A DNA stretch of 63,612 nucleotides, filler included, from Octopus bimaculoides (lineage: Eukaryota), in assembly GCF_001194135.2 (NCBI RefSeq). It is 5 parts of 4 records of this genome, joined end to end, with 100 filler letters (N's around TTAATTAATTAA, not from the genome) between each part and the next. Parts side by side here need not be neighbours in the genome. Positions count along the whole stretch, not along the records: positions 12,522 to 43,567 come from NC_068990.1; 4 more parts are not named here. One strand, 5' to 3'. Position numbers and translations under genes: made by a program. Below the pieces are notes generated by a model that saw only the letters and a program-made list of their open reading frames with translations, had not been told where the DNA came from and ran no database searches. How positions within the stretch are numbered: the first letter of the stretch is position 1; every line of letters begins with the position of its first letter. Of this stretch, positions 25,701 through 39,836 are shown one piece after another.

Positions 25701-28700
25701 TTTATATACAGAATGAGGAGTTAAGTTATAAAGAATCTCAAATGTATTTACAATGTCTTTATATTTTAAGTTTAAAGAATAGCTGTTTTTATTCTGAAGT
25801 GTCTCATTGCAATTAATTGGAAAATATTATTGCTAGGCATGTGGCACAACTACGTTCAAAAGCTTAGTGTTCATTAACTTAAATGCTAATAATTTAAAAC
25901 TTTTTTGATTCATAATTGCTTTCTAAGAGCCACTTCATTTAATGAGATATTTCTTTAATATTCAGGTAATGTTGGTGGTTGTCAAATAGCTCCAGGCCGA
26001 GGAGAATATAATATGGGTTATGTTCAAGGCAAACCCATTGCATTATCAGATGGAACTCTGAGTTTACGATATCGCAATGGAGACCTGTGTCATAAAGGGA
26101 CTGACAAGCAAAGCCATCGGAGCACTCGCATTAATTTCTTTTGTAGCACAGTTGAGGTAAGTATTTTTAGTTACTGTGGATTTTTTCCAGAATTCCTTAG
26201 CTGAGAAGTGCTTCTGGGAGGGATTACCTGTTCAAGACAAATTCTTTAAGCATAGACAGACCCATCCAAAATGCATGAGGAGCAATAAAACCATTCTGCA
26301 CACACTCATTCTGTGTCCAAACATTGCTGACTTGGTGCATTATATCAAGTCACTGTTGTTGTGTAAGATGGATCCTGCTGTTGGCTAAACCCATTGTGAA
26401 GATCACTGCCATTCTCTTTTGAGTCGGCAGTTTTCCTTTCTGTCCAGTGGTTATGTTGAAAGAGGTTATATTGTGGATAAGGCTGAAAGGTTTGAGGATA
26501 GGCACTTTCCTCTTTAGTCAAGTTCATATCGATTTCTCATGTACCACTTGGAAGAGAAGGTAAATGTGGCGAAAAGAGTGTTCTTTTCCAGTGAATTTCT
26601 CAAAAAGATTAAAGTTCGTTCAATGGAAAATATAGACTATTGGATAGAATGACTTTGCAGTATTTGATCTAGTTCTCTGCACCCCGAGTTCAGATCCTAT
26701 GAGTGTTGTTAACTTTGTCTTTCATCATTCTAGACTTGATAAAATACGAGTATACTGCAGATGGTAATTCTTATTCTCTCCCTTCCTTTTCTCCTTCTCT
26801 TTTCCATCTACCCACTTCCGTCTCTTTCTTTCTCTTTCTCTTACTCTAGATAGATAGCTATGTTGTACTGTGAGAAGAGCTACAGGGGATTACACAAACA
26901 GCACCCTCTCTCAAGAAATGGTGGAAGGATTATTGAGAGACTAATAACCTTTTCCTATGGGCAGGGGATAAAAAAAATTGATGCTCTACTGGAACTGTCC
27001 ACATAGGGATCAATGTGCAGCAGAGTATGGAACAGAAATAAAAAAATAAAAAATTTAAACCCCAAAAATGTTATTTGAAAAATATGCTGCCTGAAAAATA
27101 CAATTTCTTTTCTTTGTTTTCTAGCATTTTATTTCTTTTGGGAGTGAAACAGAATTCTGTGAATATATATTTACCTGGAGGACACCAGCAGCTTGTCCTA
27201 TTAAGGTGATTGCCATTTTCTTTGCTTTCCTTCTTTTTATTTAATTTTCAGTCCTTGTCTGTTTTTCTATACCAAATATATAGGATTGAGAGTGACTGAA
27301 ACCTTTAAATGCGGTGCCCTAAAGTGGCCAAAGTCTAATGGATAAAAGCAGTAAAAGAATTATCATGATTATAGGTACAGGTTTGGCTGTGTGCTAAGAA
27401 GTTTGCTTCCTACCCACATGGTTCCAGGTTCAGCCCCACTGCATGGCACCTTGACAAGTGTCTTCTACTATAGGCTGACTAAAGCCTTGCAAGTGGATTT
27501 GGCAGATGAAAACTGAAAGCAGCCCGCTGTGTGTGTTTGTGTGTTTGTTCCACACAGCTGCTTGACACTAGTGTTGATGTGTTTACGTCCCCTTAACTCA
27601 GTAGTTCAGCAAAACAGACCAATAGAATAAGTACCGACTTAAAAATAAAAAATAAAAATTACATTCTGGGGTCAATTCATTTGACTAACAGTTCTTCCAG
27701 GCAGTGCCCCAGCATGGCTGCAGTCTTAATGACTGAAACAAGTAAAAGATAAAAGATCATGTATGAAATGTAATAGATTTGGAAATCAGAAACACTGAGC
27801 TTTACATGAAATATCATTGATGTCCAGCTGTTGTTCTGAGAGAGATATTTTTACTATACAACTACTGTTTGTACAGAGCATGCAGCATTATCTCTGACAG
27901 TAGTCACAGCAGTCAAAGACTGGTGTTCAGTTACTGTTTTTAGAGTGATACACTAACTACACAACTGCTGTTTGTACAAAGCGCTCAGCGCCAACTGGTG
28001 TTTGACTGCTGTTCTTAGAGACAGATAAGAGTTAGTTATAACACAGTCACCGTTTCATATTACAATTCACTCAGCATTGTAATCCAACAGTAGCCACATT
28101 GATCATAGCTTATTCACTTACATGTGGTGGTCGTTGTTGCTGTTGTTAGCTCCAGGTCATCTGTGAACTGGCCAAGTATATCTAGGATTTTATCATCCAA
28201 TGTTTCCTTCCCATTTTTAAAGCAGTAAAGCTGTGATGATTTGGTTACTATTTTGTAGTACATTGAATGATAATATAGTGGATCTTTAGAGATGGTTGTC
28301 TTCCTCATTTTGTGTCCATGGACTGCATCACACTCTAGTGACTGCTTTGGTATTGTTTCTATGACTGGATGCCTTTCCTAGCTCTAACCTACTTCATAGT
28401 TTGTACTGAAGCCTTTTTTCATAGCACCTGCACTATTGAGATTGCAATGCAGCTAGAAAGGCTATGAGCCCTTAGTGGTGGGGTTAGCTTTATGCTAGAT
28501 GAAGGGTTAAAGTATGAGGGAAGGAGCTGGAGCAGAACAGGCTTCTTGCTGTAGAGGAGCTATATTCTTTTACTTGTTTTTGTCAAGTGACTGTGGCCAT
28601 GCTGGAGCACTGCCTGAAAGAAATTTTTTTTTTAATTCAAAGAAATCAACCCCAGGACTTATTCTTTGTAAGCTTAGTACTTATACGATTGGCCTCTTTT

Positions 28701-29207
28701 GCCAAACTGCTACGTTATGGGGATGTAAACACACCAACATCATTTGTCAAGCGATGGTGGGGGTGGGGGCAGACACACACACACACGCGCACACACACAC
28801 ACACACATATACATATATACATACATATGATGGGCTTCTTTCAGTTTCCGTCTACTCACAACACATTGAGTATTCACATTTTAAAAGAGAGGGTGGAAGT
28901 AACTGGATGGAGCTAGAAAGAGATGGAAATAGTGGTGATGAAGTATCTGAGTGGATCCTCAAGATACGAAGTGAATAGGAATGAGTGGAGACAGAGGAAC
29001 CAGGAATGTGGCTGAGTGGAGGCCACAAAAGTGTTTGAGGGAGTGGGAGATGGAGAATGGGTGAAAGGAGGAGATGTAGGTGACAACTGTAATGATTGGG
29101 TAAGATTGATAAGGAGTGGGTGATGATCAATGATGTGCGAGTTGGGTGGGGTAGGAGGAATAGATGACTGAGAGTGCACAAAAAGGTGGAGAAAGCAGCA
29201 GAATTGT

Positions 29208-29252
<45 letters not shown>

Positions 29253-29987
29253 GTGGTTGGGTAGGTTGTGAGAGGGGTAGGGAGAGGCAAGCCTAATGCA
29301 AGAGGGGAGTGGAGGAAAGATAATTTGATGGCTCTGTAAGTGGATGGGGTGGGGGTTGCGTGGGGGGATCAATGGAAAATGTGGCTGGAGAGAAAATTAT
29401 TAATGGATGAAGGATGGATAACAAATGAATTGGTTCTGGGTAGTAAGGAAAATAAGTTATATCAAAAAAGAGCTGCAGTTAGGGAGATGCTGTGTGGTGG
29501 AAGTCTTAAGAAGGAAATTGGACAAAGGACCCAGTTGGGCATGTTTAATCTTTGGTTAGTTGTGACTCGATACCTGTCATTTTGTCAGCATCCAATCTTT
29601 TTTTTTTTTTTTTTGGCAGGTAAAATGTCTCTAGATATATCTTATCTAGTGTGTCCTTTTATTTCTAAGATACTAAGGTGTGAGAGGTGAGAGATTTTGC
29701 TGATATTTCTTGCAGGTCAAGCTATATATGGACACTAGGTGTACATTGAAATCTTATTCAGTCAGTTTCAACTAAGGTTTCTTTATGTGATGGATGTCAT
29801 GAAGCCTTCAGGCTCTATTTTACTATTGAGGGTACTAAGTTCTTATCTCAGGGTACCACCCTGAAGAACTTTTAGTCAGATGAATCAAACCCAGTACTTA
29901 TTTTTATTCTATCGGTCTCTTTTTGCTGAACTGCTAAATTATGGGGACATAAACAATGTAGCAATGGTGGGGGACAAAGACACACAC

Positions 29988-30030
<43 letters not shown>

Positions 30031-31107
30031 AAAGAAAGATGGCAAAGGAATAAATGATTATCTTATGAACTTCGTTAGCATACAGCTGTTTCTGTTATAA
30101 GATGCAGTAGTCTTGTAGTTGAATGTCTGAATAACAAATTATAGCTTCAATGGAGCCTTGAATATGAAGTGCAATTTATTTCGGAAAGATTAGATAAATT
30201 GCACTTCATATTTGAGGCTCCAATGAAGCTATAAAGTATTATCCAGACACTTAACAATGAATCCACTGCATCTTATAGCAGAAACAGCTGTAAGCTCATG
30301 AAGTCCATAAGATAATCATTTATTCCTTTGTTATCTCTCTTTTGATCCTTTCACATTAAATTGGTCATATCTGACCCAAATATTCTACGGTCAGCTACAT
30401 GGGTTGAATGATTTGACCAGAGCTGGTAGAGCCATGGGCTACAGCAGGCTTCATTGTCTGTTCTAGCATGGTTTCTATGGCTGGCTGCCCTTCCTAATGT
30501 CAACCACTCCACAGAGTGTACTGGGTGCATTTTATGTGGCAGCAGCACACACACATGCAACAATATCTCAAACAGACAAATGCAGCCTCCGTTACAGACT
30601 GTCAATAGTCATAGAAAAGGTTGCAAATGGCAACGAAAGAGTTTTGACAAACAAAAGCAAAGCAAATTAAACAACCAATGAGTTAGTTGGATATTTAGCC
30701 AGTTGACTAATAATAATGGAGTGGAATTGAACCAGAGTGTGTGTGTGTGTGTGTGTTAATTATATTAGCATAATGACTCTCCTTAGACACATTTGTATAT
30801 TTTTTTTAAATGCTTTTTTTTCTTTCATTAAACTTTTCTTTTTTTTGCATGTCTTTCTAGCGTATCACAGGCAAATTTTGCAAAGTTGTCGACCCTTTGT
30901 ATAAAAATGAATTTGACTTGAGCGTGTTACGGAAATCAACTGATTATCATGTAATTGGCGGCGGCTATGATTTTTTACTCAATGTGTGTGGATCTTTAAA
31001 CACTGAACTAGAAAACTGCAACAAGAACACTGGATCTGCAGCCTGCCAAACACGTTCTTCAGACCCGGCTTTCGTAATCAATATTGGTAAGAAAATAAAC
31101 AGAAATA

Positions 31108-31140
<33 letters not shown>

Positions 31141-34100
31141 ATAATAATAATAATAGTAATAATCCTTTCAAATTAAGGCACAAGGGCTGAAATTTTGTGG
31201 GGAGTGGGCTAGTCAATTACATCGAACCCAGTGTTTCACTGGTACTTAATTTATCGACCCCGAAACGATGAAAGGCAAAGTTGACCTCGGCGGTATTTGA
31301 ATCCAGAATGTGAAGGCAGATGAAATACTGCTAAGCATTTCGCCCGGTGTGCTAACAGTTCTGCCAATTTGCCACCTTATTAACAATAATAATAATCCTT
31401 TCTACTATAGGTACAAGGTCTGGAATTTGGGAGAGGGAGATAAATCAATTACATCGACCCCAGTACTCAACTGGTACTTATTTTATCGACCCCAAAAGGA
31501 TGAAAGGCAAAGTCAACCTCAGATTAATAATAACCCTTTCTGCTAAAGACATAAGACCTGAAATTTGTGGGGAGGGAATAAATCAATTACATCGACCCTA
31601 GTGTTTCACTGGTACTTAATTTATCAACCCCAATAGAATGAAAGGCAAAGTCGACCTTGGTGGAATTTGAACTCAGAACATAGTAACAGGCAAAATGCTA
31701 CTAAGCATCTTGCTTGGCATGCTAACGATTCTGCCAGCTCACTTCCTTGATGATGATAATGATGATGATGATTTCAAATTTTTCTACAAGGCCAGCAAGT
31801 TTGGGGAGGGGTTAAATTGATAACATCGACCCCAGTGTTCAACTGGTTCTTATTTTATCAACCCTGAAAGGATGAAAAGGCAAAGTTGACCCTGACAGAA
31901 TTTGATCTCAGAACATAAAGACAGACAAAATGCTACTTAGCATTTTGCCTGTCGTGTTAATGATCTAGCCAGCTCGTCGCCAATAATAATAATAATAATA
32001 ATGATAATAATCCTTTCTACTATAGGCACAAAGCCAGCAAGTTTGGGGAAGGGGACTAGTCGATTACATTGATCCCAAGTTCCTGACTGGTACTTATTTT
32101 TTGATCCTGAAAGGCTGAAAAGCAAAGTCGACCTTGGCAGAATTTGAACTCAGAAAGAACATAAAGATGGATGCCACTAAGCGTTTTGCCTGGAGGGCTA
32201 ACGATTCTGCCAGCTCACCGCCTTGAGGATGATGATGATAATATTAGTAATAATAATAAGTGCAGGCATGGCTGTGTGGTTAAGTTTTGCGTCTCAACTA
32301 CATGATTCTGGGTTCAGTACCACTTTGTGACTCCTAGAGCAAGCATCTTCTACAACAGCCCCAGGCCGACCAAAGCCTTGTGAATGGATTTGGTAGAGGG
32401 AAACTGAAAAATGCTTGTTATGTGTATATATGTGTGTATAAGTGTGAGTAGGTTGTGATTCAGTTCAATTTACCCTCAGTGCATATGATCAGAAGTATCC
32501 TAGCCATTGTCATCTTGCCTTTCATTTTCTTATACTGTATCCAGGGTTAACATTATCTAGTATGTCCCTTTACTTAAAAAAGGAGGTTGTGTTTGTGAGC
32601 AAAATTATTATTTCTAATAGACTGAGTGACTACATAATGGATCTTCCATCAGTTTTGATTATGCGCAGTCAGTTGTTTGATTAAATTAATGTGCAAGTGA
32701 CTAAGTATTCTACAGACAAGTGTACCCTTCGTGTAATTCCCATACCACACCAGTGTGACAGGAATTGTGACAAGACAGAAACCAAATCTTCCACAACCTG
32801 AGTCATTAGGTAAAAATACATTAGCATTTCTGAGAGTTTGAGAATTGTGTTTCCCTCTCCACTGATACTTGATAAGAGCTGCTAACAGTAACATCAACAA
32901 TTATGAAGTTGAACCAGTAAGGCAAACTATATATGGTCACTTGACCTGTTATCCAAGATAAATTATGCCTGAAAAGAAAATAGAGATGGTTATGGCTTGA
33001 ATGTATTGACCAGGGCTAACTTAGTAACTAAACATCAACAACAATTATTAACTAGGAGTAGAACCTGTTGGTAGTGAGGCAAGCACTGAGAAGAGCAGAG
33101 TATTGTATTTTACCCAAAAAGGCTTGTTGAAGCAGATTTTCTATAGCTAGGTGTCACTAATCCTTTCCTGTTTTCCAAGTAAAGTATTTTTCATACCACC
33201 GGTCTTTGTATGTTAAATGTCACAAACTAAGGTCATCATCTTTTGTACAAGTGTTTCTAATGTGGAGACGCATACACACACACACACACACGCTGGTGAC
33301 ATGTGGTGCTGGTTCCATCTAAAAAGTACCCAGTCCACTCTGTAAAGTGGTTGGCATTAGGAAGGGCATCTGTCTGTAAAAAAAAAAACCTTCCTAAGAT
33401 GGACAGTAGAGCTTGGCATTGTCCTCTGACTTACCAGATCCTGCCAAACCATCCAACCCATACCAGCATGGAAGACAAATGTTAAATGATGATGATTATA
33501 CATGCACTCACACACACAAGCTTCCTCTCAGTTTCCATCTACCTATTCCACTCGCAAAGCATTGATCAGTTTTGTAGCTACATAGCCATGCTTACAATTA
33601 TACAGTTATGTAAATGTCCAGGGTCCTATACTGCTGTTAAGGTGGCTCTATCACCACCAGACCTTTGGTGTACCTTTAGTGAAGCCCTTAATGCTGCCAG
33701 CATTCAGACCAACTCCTCAGTTTAAGAAGGATACCTTCCCTTCCTTCCTCCAGCTGTAGTAGCCTTGAAAAAAAAAACTGCTACATTACATAAACCCTTG
33801 TGAGCAAATATTTCCCTATCATCAAATGAAAGTCTAAACTTCTATACAACAGACTTGCCACCTCCAAATTAAATTTATTGGACCATACAATGAAGAAAAC
33901 TATCTTTATTCAGGTGATATGGCAATTATTCCATTTCTAGCCTTTTCTTGAAACCCACCTTTTTCTTAGTATTTGCATATCCTAAAGGGGAGCTGGATAC
34001 ACACACACGAACACTATATTCTATAATGTAGATTCATGACAATGATTTATCTTTTCTTTTTTTTCCATATTTTCACTCCTCCACTTACTTCATATGCACA

Positions 34101-37100
34101 CATACACATACACACATAGATGCATACATATTTATAAATGGAACGACCAAATCCTTGTATAATTTATATTTCTTTTATTTATTTGCGTTATTTTTCTATT
34201 TCCAGGAAAAGCAAGTGATGAACTTGTTTATGAAGACGGCATCATTTTTCTGACTTACAAAGATGGCAAGTCGAATTGCCATAAGAAGTTCAGCCGCAAG
34301 ACAATAATAACTTTCACCTGTGACCCAAATGTGGAGGGTACAACTGGACCTCATTATATTGAAGAAAAAGAAGACTGTAGCTACCTCTTTGAGTGGCCCA
34401 CAAAACATGTCTGTCCAAAGATAACAACCAGTAACTGCAAAATACAGGATGTCAAAGGCAATGAATATGATTTTAGTGGACTAAGACTTAGTAGTAACAA
34501 CTACATTTACTTATCACCTGAGCATGAGAAACAGAAGTTTATTTTAAATGTATGTCAGACTCTTGTGCATCGTAAAGGTAAATAAATCTTTTGTTATTGC
34601 TGAACCACACCAGATTAACCTTGATTAAGCTAATTTATGATTAAATATGTCCCAACTGTAAACATTTTTTTTTTGTTGTTTTGTTTTCTTTTCAGGCATA
34701 GTGTATCTATGAACTCTATTGCAACCTATTCGTGCATATATAATGAGTTGTTAAAAGACTTTTTGACACTACCTGCAATATTTGCTTATTTATGCTGAAT
34801 CTACAAGTGCAATTCTTCCCCCATTCTTCCTTAATCCTTCTTCCTTTTTCCTCCTTTTTCTATGTCTTCTTCCCATCTTCTGTTATCTCCATAGTTCCCT
34901 TTGAAGACATAAATAGGTTGTGATAGTTCTTTGAAAGTTTATTGTCACTGACCTCTGCCTCATGTGGTTGTGTTGAAGCCTTTTAAATTTCAGTATTCTC
35001 TGTATTTTCTCACTCACTTGAATGATGCTTAACAAAGCAGGTCACTCAGAATTGTCTTTTACCTTAGTTTTAACTCACCTGATAAAAGAAAAAAATTTTT
35101 GTAATATAATTGATGTAATCAGTCTATTCATAACTAAAATACTGAAACAGCTTCAAGAATGCCTTTGATGGTACAAGCACCAAGCTTTTCATGAGGCTCA
35201 ATACCAAAGACCAAAGAGGAGACTTAAGGACAGTCTAAAATCTCTTTTGTTCCTCAATGTAAAGTAAGCTTTCCTGGCCATTGCTATCAAACCAAACAAT
35301 AAACTACATCAGATGTTTATATTTTGGAGAATTCCTCACCATAATAGAGGACAGGGAGCATTAACTACATTGGGTAGCAAGTCATAATAAAACATTATCG
35401 GCAGTAATATGACATAATGGTTATGTTCCTGAATATGTGTGATTGTTAGTTTCCCATTGGTTAAAATTACTGCCCAATTATGAATTCTAAACTTTTGTCA
35501 AAGAGAAATATTTCATGAAATACAGTTCTTAGAATTCAGGTATGAGCAGTTATAAAAACCCTAATTTTTGGGAAATTAGTCAGTGATCATTGGTTGTTAT
35601 CCGTCTTCACGACACTCACATCCAGTGATTGTTGGTATTTACTCCACAACACTCACTCTTTTGAGATATTGGCTATTGCTATGCCATGTCTATTACTTAA
35701 TTCAACAAGACTATTTTGAATTGTTGTGTAAAATTCTAGTAGCTTAGTATGGAAGAATTAGCTAATATAAATTTTATGTTGTAACTCTCTATGACAATTT
35801 TCTTTGACTTCTAATAATAATAATGAAATTATTGTATACAATGCTCAGGTGTACTACAACTTGTCAAAAGTGCATATAAAGCATATGCAGTAATGTATAA
35901 ATGTCTGGAAAGTGAACAGTGTATGAGTCGGATACATGCTTGTGTGTGTATAGAGGGGAGAAAATCAGGTGTAGTGTTGGCAAATCTCAGGAAGCATGGA
36001 AGTTTTGAAGGATGCAGTGCTCCAACAACTAACAACTGAAGCCGGCAGCTTGTTCCATGCTTCAGCAACTCTTAGCGTGAAAAAATGTTTCCGAAAGTCA
36101 TGGGAGCTGTGCTGTTTTCTGACTTTGTAAACATGTCCACGGGTGTTAATGTCCGTAAATAAACTAATTTAGTAAATAATTTCTTTTTCTTCATTTTCTT
36201 CAACCTGCTAATGAAATTTATTTCTGTAACTATGAAACTGTTATTATAGCGGTGAAAAAGAGCAAGCTTTTTTTATCTTCCACATACATGTACATTTCAG
36301 CGACTTGGTATATAATTCATCATGGCGTTTACGCAACCTGAGTTAAGATTTATGCATAGTGATATTACTTATAATTAAGTGCCAGGTTTATCACCATAGA
36401 TTCCAACTCAATAAACATCTATGTTTATTATCTTTTCATAGTCAAAAACATTATAAACCAGGTAATCCATCATAACGTTATAAATTGGTGACAAACTGAC
36501 GTGGACTTAGAAAAGTCTGCTCGGGAGAATAATCACCATATAAAGAAGATAAATCCACTGATTTATAAAAGTGGTAAAACCATCATTATAAAAGTGGTAA
36601 CTCACTGTTATAATTGTAAAGTTAATAGGAAACAGAGATTCCAAGCAAGGTGTAGTGAAACCCATCATAATTGTAGCCACTTAAAAAAGAAATATGAAAT
36701 GTGAATGTCTGGTTCATTTTCAATCTTTTCAAGGTTGATCCTTTCCTCTGTAGTTTCCTTTCTTCATTCTATCTAGGTTTTCTGAAAGAAAAGAATGAGA
36801 GTTAGAATCATTCATTTCTTCCCAGATATGCCCTTTGAATTGCTGAATTCTGGCATACAAAACATGAAATTGAAGACCTATTAAAGCTAATTGGAAACAG
36901 GTTCCTGGCAAGGAATATATTTCTAATGAACTTACACTGACCTTTGCTACTTTTGAATATAATGAAGAATTTATTCATTTATGAACCCTTTGCATGTCCT
37001 GTGTATCGCATATGATACACTGGACCCATTTCCCTAGCATCCATACATCATATATGATACACGTACTCAATTTTTTTCAACAACCAGAGTAATTTGGGAC

Positions 37101-39801
37101 TTATGAAAGGAAAGCTTTATATTATTCAGAATGTAAATTGCTGGTGCCACTAACAAAGCATCTATGATGGTGCCACATAAAAAGCACCCAGTACACTGTA
37201 GTGTGTTGTGGTTGGTATTAGGAAGGGCATCCAGCCATAGAAACCAAGCCAAAACAGACTATGGAACCTGGTGCAGCCCCTGACTTTAGCAGTTCCTGTC
37301 AAGCTGTCTAACCCATATCAGCATGGAAAATGGACATTAAATGATGATAATGATGTATGAAACACGAGCTGACTATAAGTCTGAAAATAATCATGGAGGT
37401 TTAAGACACTCGTAAAGGTGCTTTCAACAGGCAAAGGGTTAAGCTGGTGTTTGGGACATAACTTAGCAAGTGATTCTTGAATTAAATTAAATACAATTTC
37501 AGTACTTGAAATTTCAATCGAAATTCTGTAAAACAAGATATGTTTTTTTTTAATCCTGGAACTAGATACAATTTCGGGTCAATTAATTTTCTCCTTTCCT
37601 ATATTTTCAGGTGAGACATGTCCCTCCAGTTCAGCAGCATGTAGCATAAATTTGAATGAGACTGATACAACAAAGAAGTAAGACTATTTCCCATTTCATT
37701 TTTTTGTTGTTTTTTTTTTCTATCTCTCTGTTATTGTTGTTAAGAGGATAGTGAATTGACAGAATCATTAAAACATGAAAAAAATGCATTGCAGTCTTTC
37801 ATCTGGCTCTTTATATTCTGAGTTAAAACCCTGCTGTGATCAACTTTGTCTTTCATCCTTTTAGATTTAGTAAAATAAAGTACTAGTCAAGTACTAGGAT
37901 CAGTGTAATTGACTTGCCCCACCGCCTCAAAATTGCTGGATTATGCTAAAATTAGGAAGATTTCTTTTTATTCTTATTACTATTGTTATGTTGCTGTTGT
38001 TGTTATTGAGAGAGCAGCTAACGCCATCAAGTGACACTGGGGTACAAATATATGAAGCCCTATACACCCATTGTGACTACCTGTTTGATAAGGGTACCAC
38101 AGATATCTGCATCATAACCATATGTGCACGACATGGTGATCTCATATCAAGATAAACAGTGTGTGATCTAGCAGGTGGCAGCCTAGTTAGAATTTTCTTC
38201 AGGTCAAGTTGCCCATCTCACTTGAAAGATTCCTGAATACGGGTTGTTTCAGGATGATGAATGAAACACCTGTTTCCAGGGGTGAATTATTCAAACCCCG
38301 AAAAATTCCTCTCAACACATGGCTATGATGCTCCCCCCCATCACTACTCCTGCTCATGATCAGAGATGCACATGTTGTCAGCCACAAAGGAACATGCTCA
38401 ACTGGTTGAAGGCAAGCAACTGACAGGAAAATCAATGGTACTGAGCAAAATATTTGTCCTAGCCCATCTTTTACACCCATCAAGACAAAGTATGTTCATG
38501 TTAACACTTCCAATTAGTTCAGATCAGAAGCCATGAGAGCCACTGCCTGGTATTGTGTCATCATCATCCTCATCATTATTCGAAAGATATTACATGCTAA
38601 TTTAATTGACAGAAATGTTATCATGAGGTTTGGTGACAATACAGCTCCTCAAATGTTAGGATTCTTGCAGAATATAGGATTACACTTTTTATGCAAATCT
38701 TGGTTCCAGTATCTTTCAGACCTTCACCATTTCAGGGTTGATGAGATAAGTTCCAATTATGCACTGGGGTTGATATAATCATCTAAGCATCTTCCTCCAA
38801 AATTTTCAAAGCCTTGTGCCTAGAGTAAGAAATAATTATTATTATTTTTGATTTGACTCAGGTTTAGTCTTATTCCTGGCAGGATTTATGAGAGTAACGG
38901 GTTACTACTTGTAAACTTAGGTATCCACAAGCTTTCAATAGTCTTTCAAGTGCTTAGTACCCTCCTGATAATCTTTCCTGTCCCTAAGAGGCAAACTTTC
39001 TGTAGAAGTTCTACAGGACATTCTATTCCAATCTTCTTCAGCCATTTGTCCATATCTTTGCTTAGAGTTCCCAATGCACCAATTGTTATTATTATTGAGT
39101 GAAAGAACAATGCATGTTATCAAAGTGACACTGGGGTACAAATAGACAAAGGGTACACCATGCACATGCATCACAACCATAAGTGCACAGTATGGTGATC
39201 TCATATTAAGATAAACAGTACTTGTAGGTTGGGCCCAATTAGAATTTTCTTCAGGTTGGGTAGCCCATCCCAAAGTTTGTATAAGTATGATGAACAAAAC
39301 ACCTGTTTCCAAAGGTGAATTATTCAACCCTAAAGAATTCCTCTCAACACATGGCTATGATACTCCCCCACTACTTCTACTCGTGATCAGAGATGCACAT
39401 ATCATCAGCCACTAAGGAATATGCTCAACTGGTTGAGGTCAAACAAATCTCTTGGGTATTGATCAGAATATTTGTTGTAGCCTATCTTTTATACCAAGAC
39501 AAAACATGTACATGATAACACTTCCAATCAGTAAGATCAGAAACAATGAGAGCCACCATTGTTGTTGTAGTTATTATTATTGTAATAAAGGCAGTGAGCT
39601 GGCAGAATTGTTAGCATGCTGGGCAAAATGCTTAGGAGAATTTTGCCTGTCTTTATGTTCTGAGTTCAAATTCTGCCAAGGTCAATTTTGTCTTTCATCC
39701 TTTTGGAGTCAATAAATTAAGTACCAATGAAACATGTCGGTCAATATAATCAACTACGCCCCTCCCCCCAAATTTTAGGCTTTGTTCCTTTAGTAGAAAG
39801 G

Positions 39802-39836
<35 letters not shown>

